A stretch of DNA of 63,805 nucleotides, counting the filler, from Octopus bimaculoides (Eukaryota): the NCBI RefSeq assembly GCF_001194135.2. It is 6 parts of 4 records of this genome, joined end to end, with 100 filler letters (N's around TTAATTAATTAA, not from the genome) between each part and the next. Parts side by side here need not be neighbours in the genome. Positions count along the whole stretch, not along the records: positions 1 to 26,651 come from NC_068999.1; 5 more parts are not named here. The stretch is one strand, 5' to 3'. This document shows, piece after piece, positions 1-12,675 of the stretch. Made by a program: the position numbers and the translations under genes. A model generated the notes under the pieces. The model was not told the DNA's origin. It saw only the letters and a program-made list of their open reading frames with translations, and did no database searches. The first letter of the stretch is position 1. Every line of letters begins with the position of its first letter.

Positions 1-49
<49 letters not shown>

Positions 50-1361
50 CACATATATATTTTCTCTCCTAAGTTTATACGCGTTTATATTTATCTATAT
101 ACGTACATATATACTGGTATGTACATGTATTAATCAATATATATATGCATAGATAGATCGATTGACAGATAGACAGACAGATGCATACACACATTCACAC
201 AAACATAATACATACATAGGCACATATACTAATATAGACACGTATATCAGAAAGCTAGTGACCAGCTACACTACATGGTTTTTCTATATGAAAGAGTTCA
301 AATACATAGTTTCGCTAAAAGAACCAATGCGCTTTTCTTCGCAAAAAGATTTTTCCACAACTATTGTTGGATGTGCGTGTGTTTATGCTTCCCTTTAGAT
401 CTATCTACAACGCTATAGTGTATTTTCGACACGTGCGTGAGTTTGTGGTTCGTGTAAAAGTATTGTAGTTGGAAGCATGCAATGATCAAACGAAATCAGA
501 CCATAAGAGCAAACGAACGAAGCGGTTGTAAAAGTCACTGCAGGAAAAGTCAGACGGATGTTAAGAGAGAAAACGGGCAGTGCATTCACAAATATGGTGG
601 GAATTAGATTTTGTCTCGGTAGGCTGGTGTGTATGCATGCATATATATNNNNNNNNNNNNNNNNNNNNNNNNNNNNNNNNNNNNNNNNNNNNNNNNNNNN
701 NNNNNNNNNNNNNNNNNNNNNNNNNNNNNNNNNNNNNNNNNNNNNNNNNNNNNNNNNNNNNNNNNNNNNNNNNNNNNNNNNNNNNNNNNNNNNNNNNNNN
801 NNNNNNNNNNNNNNNNNNNNNNNNNNNNNNNNNNNNNNNNNNNNNNNNNNNNNNNNNNNNNNNNNNNNNNNNNNNNNNNNNNNNNNNNNNNNNNNNNNNN
901 NNNNNNNNNNNNNNNNNNNNNNNNNNNNNNNNNNNNNNNNNNNNNNNNNNNNNNNNNNNNNNNNNNNNNNNNNNNNNNNNNNNNNNNNNNNNNNNNNNNN
1001 NNNNNNNNNNNNNNNNNNNNNNNNNNNNNNNNNNNNNNNNNNNNNNNNNNNNNNNNNNNNNNNNNNNNNNNNNNNNNNNNNNNNNNNNNNNNNNNNNNNN
1101 NNNNNNNNNNNNNNNNNNNNNNNNNNNNNNNNNNNNNNNNNNNNNNNNNNNNNNNNNNNNNNNNNNNNNNNNNNNNNNNNNNNNNNNNNNNNNNNNNNNN
1201 NNNNNNNNNNNNNNNNNNNNNNNNNNNNNNNNNNNNNNNNNNNNNNNNNNNNNNNNNNNNNNNNNNNNNNNNNNNNNNNNNNNNNNNNNNNNNNNNNNNN
1301 NNNNNNNNNNNNNNNNNNNNNNNNNNNNNNNNNNNNNNNNNNNNNNNNNNNNNNNNNNNNN

Positions 1362-1423
<62 letters not shown>

Positions 1424-1811
1424 GATAGATAGATATACCAATACATCACACACACCACACACACACACATAAACACACACAAACATACACGCACACATTT
1501 ATATACAGATGCACTTTTTCTAAATGTATGTATATATTATATCATTTATGATATATAGATCGATAAATAGACAGATATATAGATATTGATAAACATATAT
1601 ACACACATATATAGATTACGCAGTAGGTATATATTTATGCAGTAATATAATACAGTATATATGTTTGTGAGAATATTGATTGTATACCGAAAACAAACCT
1701 ATACACATGCATTCATACTTATCTCTCGACACAAACACACGCACATGTATATATACACATATATACACATATATATGTTTATATATATGTATACACGCAC
1801 ATTTTTGTGTA

Positions 1812-2231
1812 TAGGCGCAGGAGGGGCTGAGTGGTAAGTAGCTTGCTTACCAACGACATGATTCCGGATTCGGTCCCACTGCGTGGCCCCTTGGGCAAGT
1901 GTCTTCTACTATAGTCTAGGGCCGACCAAAGCTTTGTGAATGGATTTGGTAGACGGAATCTGAAAGAAACCTGTATAGTTATGCATGTATGTTTGTATGT
2001 ATGTATGTATGTATGTATGTATATGTTTGTGTGTCTGTGTTTGCCCCCCACACCAACATCGCTTGACACCGGATGCTGGTGTGTTTACGTCCCTGTAACA
2101 CTAGTGGTCCGGCGAAAGAGACCGATAGAATAAGTACTAGGCTGACAAAGAATATGTCCTGGGGTCGAATTGCTCAACTAAAGGTGGTGCTGTAGCATGG
2201 CTGCAATAAAATGACTGATACAAGTAAAAGA

Positions 2232-2233
<2 letters not shown>
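1812..2233 (+). mobile_element. tRNA-derived SINE family A, full-length
   Basis: A box GGCTGAGTGG, B-box-like GATTCGGTCCC, CORE-like CCTTGGGCAAGTGTCTT, an internal (TATG/TG)n tract, and a tail ending GCATGGC...TGA.ACAAGTAAAAGAAT followed by (TAGA)n. Confidence 0.9.
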
Positions 2234-2289
<56 letters not shown>

Positions 2290-2648
2290 GCATGCCAAGA
2301 TACATATAAAATGGGATTTTTAAATATAGGATCGAATTTGTTCTGGTGAAAATCAGAAATTTGCCTTTTGGACAAATTATCAAAGTAACTCTTAAGCAAA
2401 GACAATTGATATTGAATAGAAAATATGAAGATATACCAGAGAACAGCTACGGAATATATCGAGAGAGTGCGGAAGGGGAGGAGACAGATAGAATGAGGAA
2501 GACGAGGGGAATAAAGAGAGAGAAATAGTGACATGGAGAGAAAGAGAGAAAGAGAGAAAGAGTAAGACACGTAGCTACATACCCTATCATGTTCGCAGAC
2601 TTTTAGGTATATATGCTAAAACGCATATAGACACACACACACACACAC

Positions 2649-2679
<31 letters not shown>

Positions 2680-2839
2680 AATAGACACACAGTCACACAC
2701 ACACACATATGTATTTTATGTGTGTGTGTATGTATATGTTTGTGTGTGTGTATGTGTTTGTGTTTGTTCGTGTGCATACTAGTATATGTGTAAGCAAACG
2801 ATGTACCAAATATAAGTTATATAAGTTGAGGAAAACCAC

Positions 2840-2937
2840 AAGAAGAAGAAGAAGAAGAAGAAGAAGACGAAGAAGAAGAAGAAGAAGAAGAAGAAGAAGA
2901 AGAAGAAGAAGAAGAAGAAGAAGAAGAAGAAGAAGAA
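2840..2937. repeat. (GAA)n microsatellite
   Basis: Read directly; one GAC interruption. Confidence 0.98.
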
Positions 2938-4423
2938 ACGTTCGAGATTATGAGTGTGAGAGAAAGGAAGAGAGAGAGAGAGAGANNNNNNNNNNNNNNN
3001 NNNNNNNNNNNNNNNNNNNNNNNNNNNNNNNNNNNNNNNNNNNNNNNNNNNNNNNNNNNNNNNNNNNNNNNNNNNNNNNNNNNNNNNNNNNNNNNNNNNN
3101 NNNNNNNNNNNNNNNNNNNNNNNNNNNNNNNNNNNNNNNNNNNNNNNNNNNNNNNNNNNNNNNNNNNNNNNNNNNNNNNNNNNNNNNNNNNNNNNNNNNN
3201 NNNNNNNNNNNNNNNNNNNNNNNNNNNNNNNNNNNNNNNNNNNNNNNNNNNNNNNNNNNNNNNNNNNNNNNNNNNNNNNNNNNNNNNNNNNNNNNNNNNN
3301 NNNNNNNNNNNNNNNNNNNNNNNNNNNNNNNNNNNNNNNNNNNNNNNNNNNNNNNNNNNNNNNNNNNNNNNNNNNNNNNNNNNNNNNNNNNNNNNNNNNN
3401 NNNNNNNNNNNNNNNNNNNNNNNNNNNNNNNNNNNNNNNNNNNNNNNNNNNNNNNNNNNNNNNNNNNNNNNNNNNNNNNNNNNNNNNNNNNNNNNNNNNN
3501 NNNNNNNNNNNNNNNNNNNNNNNNNNNNNNNNNNNNNNNNNNNNNNNNNNNNNNNNNNNNNNNNNNNNNNNNNNNNNNNNNNNNNNNNNNNNNNNNNNNN
3601 NNNNNNNNNNNNNNNNNNNNNNNNNNNNNNNNNNNNNNNNNNNNNNNNNNNNNNNNNNNNNNNNNNNNNNNNNNNNNNNNNNNNNNNNNNNNNNNNNNNN
3701 NNNNNNNNNNNNNNNNNNNNNNNNNNNNNNNNNNNNNNNNNNNNNNNNNNNNNNNNNNNNNNNNNNNNNNNNNNNNNNNNNNNNNNNNNNNNNNNNNNNN
3801 NNNNNNNNNNNNNNNNNNNNNNNNNNNNNNNNNNNNNNNNNNNNNNNNNNNNNNNNNNNNNNNNNNNNNNNNNNNNNNNNNNNNNNNNNNNNNNNNNNNN
3901 NNNNNNNNNNNNNNNNNNNNNNNNNNNNNNNNNNNNNTATATATATATATATGCATCTACGCATATTATATGTGTATGTATGGATAGATGTATGGATGTA
4001 TTGATGGATGTATGCATGCATGTATGTATACATGAGTATGTATATATGTTTGTATAGTTGCAAATATATGCATACGTATGTAGTTTCTATATATGTGTAC
4101 GCATTTTGAAAATTTTCTAACGACAACTTATGTGGAAAAAAAAAATTGTGGTTAGTGCAGTTTACACTCTAATATACTCGACTAAAATTGCGTACTGAAA
4201 ATATATTTTCACTAATGAAAATTTTAAGCGTATTCACGTGTAGAGTTGAGGAGAAGCTTTGCTTTTGCTGGAGACCTCTCAGTCAGATTGCTCCAAACAC
4301 AATTGGATCATCTATAAAGAAGCATAAAACCATTATAGCTGTAGAACAATGAAGATTTTTCTCATCAACGAAAGAAACCACATAGCATGGGCCATAAATG
4401 AGTATGTATTTATGTATGTATGA

Positions 4424-4835
4424 ATGTCATTATTCAGTTTTGTTTCAAGTTTTCTTGTCAGTAGAAAAAGAGCCGGTTTCTAATCTAGATCCAAAGATCC
4501 TTCATTGTAATTTCAACATCAACAGCAGCATATTTTTGCATGTAAGTTTATATGTATGTGCATATTTCTATGTTATGTTTTATGCATGCCTTCTCATGCA
4601 TATAGTTGCATATCTAGATATGCTCGTATATACTTAAATGATAAACTTCCGGAAAGTTTTAAAGATTTTTCTAGTTTCATTGATTGATTGGATCTGTAGA
4701 CTTCGAAACAGCTTTCCCCTTTCTGGTTTTGAGAAGCATAATTTCTCAAGATTGGTATTTAAGGAGTCTGTTACATATCCCTGGGCCCCAATAATTACAG
4801 GTATAAACGTGAACTAGTTATCTGGTCAGAGTAAC
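4424..4835 (-). mobile_element. R4/Dong-clade non-LTR retrotransposon, 3' end (RLE C-terminus plus 3' UTR)
   Basis: Minus strand gives IPVIIGAQGYVTDSLNTNLEKLCFSKPERGKLFRSLQIQSINETRKIFKTFRKFII*. The 3' UTR is shared with 16405-16615 and ends in GACAT followed by an ACAT microsatellite. Confidence 0.8.
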
Positions 4836-5026
4836 TATATATATATATATATATNNNNNNNNNNNNNNNNNNNNNNNNNNNNNNNNNNNNNNNNNNNNNN
4901 NNNNNNNNNNNNNNNNNNNNNNNNNNNNNNNNNNNNNNNNNNNNNNNNNNNNNNNNNNNNNNNNNNNNNNNNNNNNNNNNNNNNNNNNNNNNNNNNNNNN
5001 NNNNNNNNNNNNNNNTATATATATAA

Positions 5027-5123
5027 TAGAAGACATTTGCCCAAGATATCACGCAGTGGGACTGAACGCGGAACCATGTGGTTGGTGAGCAAGCTACTCA
5101 CCACACACCCACTCCTGAGCCTA
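5027..5123 (-). mobile_element. SINE family A, head fragment
   Basis: Reverse complement of the family A head, truncated at a gap. Confidence 0.85.
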
Positions 5124-7131
5124 TGTTTATTCTGTCTTCTCAGTTGTAACGCTGAGTTTCGCGGAGGAAGGGCCTTTAAAAGAACTGTAGAAAAAATATT
5201 TTCCTCAAAATTTTCGAAAAATAAGAATGGAACTTATAACCAAAAATTTGGTTGCCGAAAAGAAATTTCAGATCAGATGTAGAACTTTCTTGTATTCCAT
5301 TTTGGATACTAATAAATGCTAAAGACAATTAGCATTATTCACTTATGTTTATACTGGATATCCTATCATCAGTGTCATGACAACAAAACACACATCAGTG
5401 AGGAAAATGTCTATTCTTAATGGCATTTAAATTTTCATCGTAAAAATAATCAGACTTCAATTATAAGGTCACAATCGAAGGTGCGGAAATGAATTATTTT
5501 AGCCAGGTCATTGTAAGCGATCCATTAATAAATATCTATGGAATTACCTGGAAGAATTCACTAATTCGGATTAAACAAAATTAAGAAAAGAAGTAATCGT
5601 GTGTTACATTACCGCAATTTCGCGATTAACTTATGTAAAGCAACCTTTATTCTATAACGGACTAATTGATTTTATAATTGTTAGTTTTATGAGTCTTTTA
5701 ACTTCCAGTTATATTACGACAGAGAAGTTGTAAGCTATCTCTAAGTCTCTAAACGTATACAAGTTGCATGATTTTTTTCGAGTGATTATCATTTTCTTAA
5801 GCCTTATATAGCTTTCCGAATATCCGTTATGTTATCTGAAAATCAAACCTTCATTTGTGAAATTAATGATTGCGTAAGGTATATGGAGTTGCGAGAAGAT
5901 ATTGGTGTTTTACCGATTACATAACGAAGAGATTTGCGTTCTTGTACTGGAATGGCTTCTCTTTATATTGGCAACGCTGCTAAGATTTTGTGTTACTGTA
6001 TATCATAGATAATGTTTTTAATGACTATTTCATTATCTATAGTCTATGGAGAAACTTTAATTTATAAAATTCGGTAAAAAAAACAAACTTACAAATAGCT
6101 TTGAAATCATACCAAATTATATTTCGTTTATTTATTTATTTCTGAACAGTATGATGAAGGCAAGTATATGAATATTGAAGTTGTTTTGTATGTAATATAA
6201 TGTAATATATTCTGTCTGAGACTACTTTTTATTATATATTTTTAGGAGTTCGAAGAAACATAACTAAATAAGTATATGAGCGCATGCGCAGCTTATTGCC
6301 TAATATGCTTATTAATGATTATTAACGCCATTGAGTAAGTTTCGTTCAGCATGAATGGTAAATAGCTTTTCACACTAAAACTTAGCATTAAGTTTACTTT
6401 GACAGCGGTATATTGCGGTAACTATGCATGATGTATATCTACTACGATGTTTAACTCGAAAAATATGTGTATATTCATGATTTAGCTGTTTGGAATGATT
6501 TGCATTTCGTAAAATAATTTTATAACTTCCAATGTCTCTCAAAAGGAAATCTAAAATATTATATATATATATATATTATATATATAATATTATATATATA
6601 TATATATATANNNNNNNNNNNNNNNNNNNNNNNNNNNNNNNNNNNNNNNNNNNNNNNNNNNNNNNNNNNNNNNNNNNNNNNNNNNNNNNNNNNNNNNNNN
6701 NNNNNNNNNNNNNNNNATATATATATATGCATATATATATATACATATATATATATGCATGTATGTATGTACGTATGTATGTATGCATGTACATGAGTGC
6801 ACGTGTGTGCGTGTGTTCGCAGGTGTGCATGTGTGTGTGTGTGTGTGTGTGCGTGTGTGTGTGTATGTGCTTTGCATTATATGCAAACACAGATGGTGTG
6901 AAATGACGAGACTTAACGATTCAGTAAAAGCGGATCGATAAATGAAGTATAGGATTAAGATAAATATTGAAGTCGATATGGTCGATTTAAACTTTATAAT
7001 GTGATTCGCCCGTATGTTTGCAGTCCAGTTATTAGTGAGAATCATTAGTAAGAATAAAATTATAAAGCAAACACATATTCCAATACTTATACACATATAT
7101 AACAACGTGCACCAACACACACATCTACATA

Positions 7132-7172
<41 letters not shown>

Positions 7173-7465
7173 CACACCCTCATTCATGTGCGTGTGCCTA
7201 TATATTCCTTCTCTTCCTTCCTGGTTCAACACATGTGTTTGTTTAATGGGTGTGTGGGGGCATTAACATATTAACATATGGTGAACAAAACTTCACAGCA
7301 AATAAACCACTATTGATATTGCAAAATGACTTTGAAACATTTTACCGCTTCGATGAATCCCCCATCATTGAACGTAACCACAAGCCGGCTGCTTAGGTTT
7401 CACATGTATGCAATGAAGACATTTAGTGCTAGGCTATCTTGCCTGCATGCAGACCATGAACTCAC

Positions 7466-7542
7466 CGATACAGGATTGTCAGAGGGCACCCTTTTCAGTC
7501 TTCTAGATATAGCAGCTACAACCACCTTGATACTACACTTTG
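7466..7542 (-). other. Candidate internal coding exon, unassigned
   Basis: Acceptor TTTATTTTGTTTCAAATTAG, donor CG|GTGAGT, and one open frame KCSIKVVVAAISRRLKRVPSDNPVS. No homology recognised. Confidence 0.28.
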
Positions 7543-7589
7543 CTAATTTGAAACAAAATAAATCTCTATAATAAGAGCACTAAGAGAAC

Positions 7590-7922
7590 ACAAACCTCCG
7601 CTAAGACTGTACCAACGTCTTCTCAACGATTAGCCAGAGATGATTTTTAAAGTGAGAATATCTGAAATAAACTCGACTGATTTCACAAACGAGAATGCTA
7701 AAAACGAAATCGACCGCTCTCAAAGATTAAGTAAAAGAAAAAACGAAGAAATAATCCAGAATCCTTGTCCGGTATCGGATCGAACCCAAAATCTAATCGG
7801 TTCATGCAAGTCATGAGGTCAAACATACCTGAAAGTTTGATCCGAATCTATCCAGCGGTCCTTGAGACAAACAAACAAACACGATTGAAAACGATGCCTC
7901 TACCTTCGCTAAGGCAGAGAGA
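7590..7922. mobile_element. Non-autonomous Helentron/HINE (DINE-1-like) relic
   Basis: Internal (AAAC)n is followed by a terminal GC hairpin CTCT-A-CCTT-CGCT-AAGG-C-AGAG (7898-7919), and ACCTCCGC lies at the other end. The architecture matches HINE-type elements as I recall them. Confidence 0.45.
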
Positions 7923-8194
7923 AAAGAGCATTAACAATGAAAGATTTTCAAAACCCAAAAACTGTTGAGAGGAAACGGAGTATTGAGTGCATATGAGTGC
8001 TTAATAATATCAGCAGTGTGTTCTCAAATAAAAAAGCACATTTAGATAAAGTTACAAAAATATCTGCAAAACAAATTTCTACTGAAACTACACTGATTTT
8101 TGTGGTCCTCCATCATCGTTGACCGCTTTGCGCCATTCTATCCCGTAAATTTGATAATCTATACAAATATGAAACATGGTAGGAGTTCTTTAGG

Positions 8195-8712
8195 TAGTGG
8201 GGGCCGGTGCTGCTCCATTGTCTTCAGCGCTTGACATTTTTATAGAGAAACCATTTCTTGTCACCAGTCACTACTCGGTCCGAAAGAGGTTCATTCGTGA
8301 GACGTGACAACACAGAAGAGAATACATTCACCCTCTGCGCGCGATTAAAATCGAAAAGTTAGTGAGGAACCCATACACTCAATTTGCTGACTCTTCTGAC
8401 GGCAAGCAGATGTCCATGAATTGTTGAATGACCAAATCCAAGCTTCTGTGCTAGTTCCTCAACAGTTACGATGGGATTTTGTTCCACCAGGGCTTGCAGG
8501 ACGTCCTCATCGAGCTCTACAGATTTTCCAGGACGAGGCTCGTCTCCTAGGCTATAGTTTCCGACGCGGAATTTCTGGAACCACCGTTAACACAGACTTA
8601 CTGCTTATTGTCCTATCCTCATATACTTCATTAATATTCCATGCACTTTCCGTTGGGTTGTTGCCTTCATTGAACTCATAAAGCAAAATATGCAAAATAT
8701 GCTCCTTTTTGA
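8195..8712 (-). pseudogene. mariner transposase N-terminal half, degenerate
   Basis: Minus-strand translation gives HILLYEFNEGNN..., RWFQKFRVGNYSLGDEPRPGK.VELDEDVLQALVEQNP, WVPH*L (8362-8373) and RVVTGDKKWF. These are mariner HTH, WVPHEL and TGDEKW motifs, with several stops. Confidence 0.88.
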
Positions 8713-9549
8713 AAGAAATAACTATTAAAATCGAACAGCACTCTTCAAAACTTGCACTAAGAATAAGGACAAGGTAATATCTCTACTTGCTCTTATAGCA
8801 AGTTGATGCGAGTAGCTTATACCATCCCCCTCCGTCTTTCAGTTCATGCAATTTGAAAAACCTCATTATTTATGGGATGATCCAATATATGTAGGTATGT
8901 ATAAACATGCGTTTATATAGATAGATAGTATATAGATAGATAGACAGATACATACATACATACATACATACATACATACGTGTGTGCGTGTATGCGCGTG
9001 TGTGTGTATGTGTGTGTGTGTGTGTTTAATGCATATGTGCATGTATGTATATGTATGGCTGTATTATGCATGCACCATCAAAACGTGAAAACATTTCTGT
9101 GCAATATTTATTATAAATTATGATTATACGTTCCTGAACCGACGAAAATTATTACACGCGCACACATACGCACACGCATACGCCCACCAGAGACACCCAC
9201 ACACACACACGCACACATCTTTCATATACACTCTCAAACACACTTCTATATGTCACTATGTACGAGTAATTATCTCCATGTATACAAATATGTCTTAATG
9301 TTAGCATCTATATGTGTGATTTTACGAGTGAGTGTATGCGATTGTGTGTGAGTGTGTGGTTATGTGTGTGTGTGTGTTTCTGTACGAATGTCTGCGTCTT
9401 TTGTATGCTTATATGTTAATATGTTCGAACATAACATACATACATGTTTGTGTATGCGTTTGTTTATCTTCTCATCTATGTTATTGCTATAGGATATTTT
9501 AAAATGGTTTTCCTTATTCTATGAGAATAATCTGAACAATTGTTTCTTT

Positions 9550-10240
9550 CCGCCATGTTGTTCTGAAGTTCTTGTTTGCGTATTTTTTCGCCTCGCCTCT
9601 GTTATCTTTACGCCGACCGGTCAGTCTGTTGGTCGGTCTGTCGTTCGGCGATCCGTCAGCGGTCGGGTTTTATCGTGAGACGAACGACGTGAGCTAAATG
9701 AGATTGTGAATGAGCAGAATGTTGCAAAAGAGATTTACGCCCGCCAATCTTTATAGCATTAACTGTTCGAAATAACAACAACAGCTAAACAATTGCTATA
9801 GTGTGTTCATGCTTTGAGCACTAACACGAGCTTCGATGTGATAGGTAATTATTTGTCCTTATTGCAGAACTGACCGTAAACAACGCTGATTGATGAAGCA
9901 CCGCTGGTTTGAAAATCAATAATATTGCCACCAAAAGATAGTCATTCAGCTGCTTTGTGTTTCATTCAAGATGGGTGAAGAAAGAAAAACATTTGTGTTT
10001 TAAAATCAGAGAGAAATATAAATAATCCTGCGGTATATTAATTTTCAGAGGCGGCGGAGGAAATATAAAAGCAGACATTTTTCTTAAATCATACCATGCA
10101 ATAAAGAATCGTTTGGCCTTCGTATGGGAATGCTTTATTATCATATTTGGCGGAGTGGAAGACGGTCTGGGAGAATTTCTGATAGTGGTGGCGGGGACAA
10201 TATTTCCATTATCATATGTAAACGGAAAATGGCCGAGAGC
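9550..10240. promoter_or_regulatory. Locally CpG-rich, promoter-like region with two outward-facing YY1-type motifs
   Basis: CpG density is visibly raised at 9590-9700. CGCCATGTT at 9551-9559 and AAAATGGCCG at 10226-10235. No transcript evidence. Confidence 0.35.
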
Positions 10241-10312
10241 TTGATTAAATGCTTGTATGTTTCTCTCACTATTGAGATCAAATCTCGTTGTAGTCGCGCT
10301 CTGCTTTACATT

Positions 10313-10448
10313 GAAGTTTGCTTCCCAGCCCCAGGCTTCTCAGTTCAGTTCCCCTGTGGCACCTTGGGCAAGTGTCTTCTGCTGTAATAGAAGATAAAAG
10401 TCTCAGGTCGGCTGAAGCCTTGTGAGAGGATTTGGTAGACGGAAACTG
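10313..10448 (+). mobile_element. SINE family A, diverged 5' half
   Basis: GGCACCTTGGGCAAGTGTCTTCT...GGATTTGGTAGACGGAAACTG. Confidence 0.75.
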
Positions 10449-11029
10449 GTACCCAAGTCGGGTGACCCGCTCTGATCTGGAGAAAAAGACCCCCACTTTA
10501 TTTCACCTTCCTCCTATCATCTCACCTGCGAATGAGTACCAGCAACAGCTATGAGTTGCTGTTCGATGGAGTTTCTTCACATTCAGGGAAAGTTATTATT
10601 CATTCTAGTGTTTGTGACATTAGCTTCCAGTTAGAAATCATTATTGTTGTAATCCCAAGGTAAAATTTTGTTGTGCAGCCCTATGATCACAGACATTCAA
10701 TGTGTTCAAGCCATGATTATCCCGTTTTCTTGTTTCTATGTGTGCGTAACGCAGAATTCCCTTATCGATTCTCGAATATTTTTTTATAACCATGGGGTGC
10801 GTCTAGTTGTGATTTGATGGTTATTTTTAGCAGGATAAGTGACTACATATAGGATCCGTCATCGACCTGCATGAGTTGTTTGTGTGTGTGTTTTTTTTTT
10901 TTTTAGTTGCAGACCAGTTCTGATAAAACAGTCATGTGAGCAGTAAGCGATGACTCTCCAGCTGTAACCAGCCCACATTACCTTCAGATATTGTGTACTG
11001 TGGATATTCTAGCTAAAAGGTATTCACAT

Positions 11030-11202
11030 TAAGGCGGCATGCTGGCAGAATCGTTAGCACGCCGGGGGAAATGCTTAGCGGCATTTCGTCCGTCTTCATA
11101 TTCTGAGTTCAAATTCTGCTGAGGTCGGATTTGCTTTCAAGATTTTGAGGTTTGATAAAATAAGTACCATTTGTACTCTGGGATTGATGTAATCGACCCC
11201 AG
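11030..11202 (+). mobile_element. tRNA-derived SINE family B
   Basis: TAAGGCGGC..GCTGGCAGAATCGTTAGCACGCCGGG...GAGTTCAAATTC (B box)...GAGGTCG..TTTGC.TTTCA...GATAAAATAAGTACCA. Confidence 0.82.
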
Positions 11203-11415
11203 TGTTTACTAAGGCGATGCTAGTCTCTAAATTATATGATTAAGAAACAAATATCTCGTTATAAAGAAGACAGTCTTATTATAAAATGTTGTCGCTAGAA
11301 GTCCAGTCAGCTTGAAAGAAAACTAACATTTCAAAACTAAATATATTTTGAGTAGATCTGATTATATTTATTTTTGTGGAAAAAGCACACAAAAAACCAG
11401 CGGTAAAACAAAAAG

Positions 11416-11422
11416 AAAAAAA
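11416..11422 (-). terminator. Pol III T7 terminator of the tRNA-Tyr gene
   Basis: Run of 7 T on the minus strand, 6 nt after the discriminator base. Confidence 0.85.
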
Positions 11423-11428
11423 CCGTAA

Positions 11429-11521
11429 TCTCGCGAGACGGATTCGAACCATCGACCTAAGGATACCAATTCTATATTACTGTACTACAGTCCTCCGCTC
11501 TACCAACTGAGCTATCGCGAG
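11429..11521 (-). tRNA. trnY-GUA: tRNA-Tyr (anticodon GUA) with 20-nt intron (11465-11484)
   Basis: Reverse complement reads CTCGCGA TAGCTCAGTTGGTAGAGC GGAGGA CTGTAG [tacagtaatatagaattggt] A TCCTT AGGTC GATGG TTCGAAT CCGTC TCGCGAG A. All four stems pair, A and B boxes are intact, C1-G72 and A73 are present, and the intron sits after position 37. Mature length is 73 nt. Confidence 0.96.
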
Positions 11522-12675
11522 TTACATGACGCACGCATTGTAATTAATGGTAAAAATAAGTAAGTAGTACAAGCTCGTATTGCTTAGCTCAGCTATGATT
11601 GAGGAAATCTACGGTCAATGACACTATAGCCATATCATCAAGACTATTTTGAGATATAGTACATGGAATTGCTTATCCAATATGCCTTCTATTGGTTTTT
11701 AAGAAACCAGGAAGAAATTGAGTGTGGTTTAGATCCTATTTCTAACGGACTCCAAAAGACTTATTGGTGTACATTTTTGATGTAATTGTTAATATGCGAC
11801 TCGCATTGACGATCTAAAAGTAGTCTTTCTTTTCCCTCTCGCTTCAGTCGTTCTCTTTCTCTTCTAATCGGTCACCTTTCAGAATATTCCTCTTACTCAA
11901 TCTCTCACCCTGCTCCCTCTTATGACTTTATGTTTCCCACACTCTCTCTCTCTTCTTGACCATCAAATACACACACACATACATACACACACACAAACAC
12001 GGACATACACATTCACACATTCTCTCTTTCTTTCTATCTCTGTCTGTTTATCTCTCTCTCTCACTCTCACTCTATTATCCCTGTGTCTTTCTACTTTCTA
12101 CTCTTTCTCTTTCAGATCTTCTACTTCCTCTCTTTCTCTCCCTCTCCACCCTCTCTCTCTCGCTCTCTCTCTTTCTCTCTCTTATTATTATTATTTCTTT
12201 CTGCATGCATCTATGCTTCACTCATTCTCTTCTTCTACATAAGCACTACATCTCTTCCAATCTTTGTCATTCTTTCCGCCTTTGCCGACAAACACACACG
12301 CACACACAACGCCCTCTCTTTTCTCATTTAACTTTCTCTAACTTTTCTATTCACGTGTGTGTATGTGTTTGTATGTGCGTGTTTCTGTGTCTGTGTGTGT
12401 GTATTTGGCTGTAACGCCAACGTTCTACATCTCACATTCTCTCTCTCATTTTCTCTCTCACTCTCGTTCTCCCCCTCACTCTGTAATTTCCTTCCGCCAC
12501 TCAGCAACCCCCTGCAAGTATTAATTACTATGCCAGCTAGTACGTATGTTGATTACATCGTTAATTAGATGAGTGTTCGGTAGATCAGTCGGTCTGTTTC
12601 TTAATAGTCTATTTCCCTAATTAATTATGGAATTAATTAAATTGGTTGTATTTTCCATTTTCTGAAACAACTCAC

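Noticed and set aside
1812-1900. SINE heads (families A, B, D) as tRNA genes
   Set aside because: They have A and B boxes but no complete cloverleaf or acceptor stem, and they continue into SINE core and tail sequence.
2709-4004. Poly-Arg 'protamine-like' ORF
   Set aside because: It is the (GAA)n microsatellite plus a gap.
4462-4800. Two plus-strand exon candidates with good AG/GT signals (4462-4541 and 4700-4800)
   Set aside because: Their phases do not join, and the region is the antisense of an R4/Dong 3' end also present at 16405-16615.
5143-5316. Plus-strand terminal exon (CNAEFRGGRAFKR...) with AATAAA at 5311
   Set aside because: There is an acceptor-like site, but no recognisable protein or upstream exon; not distinguishable from chance in AT-rich DNA.
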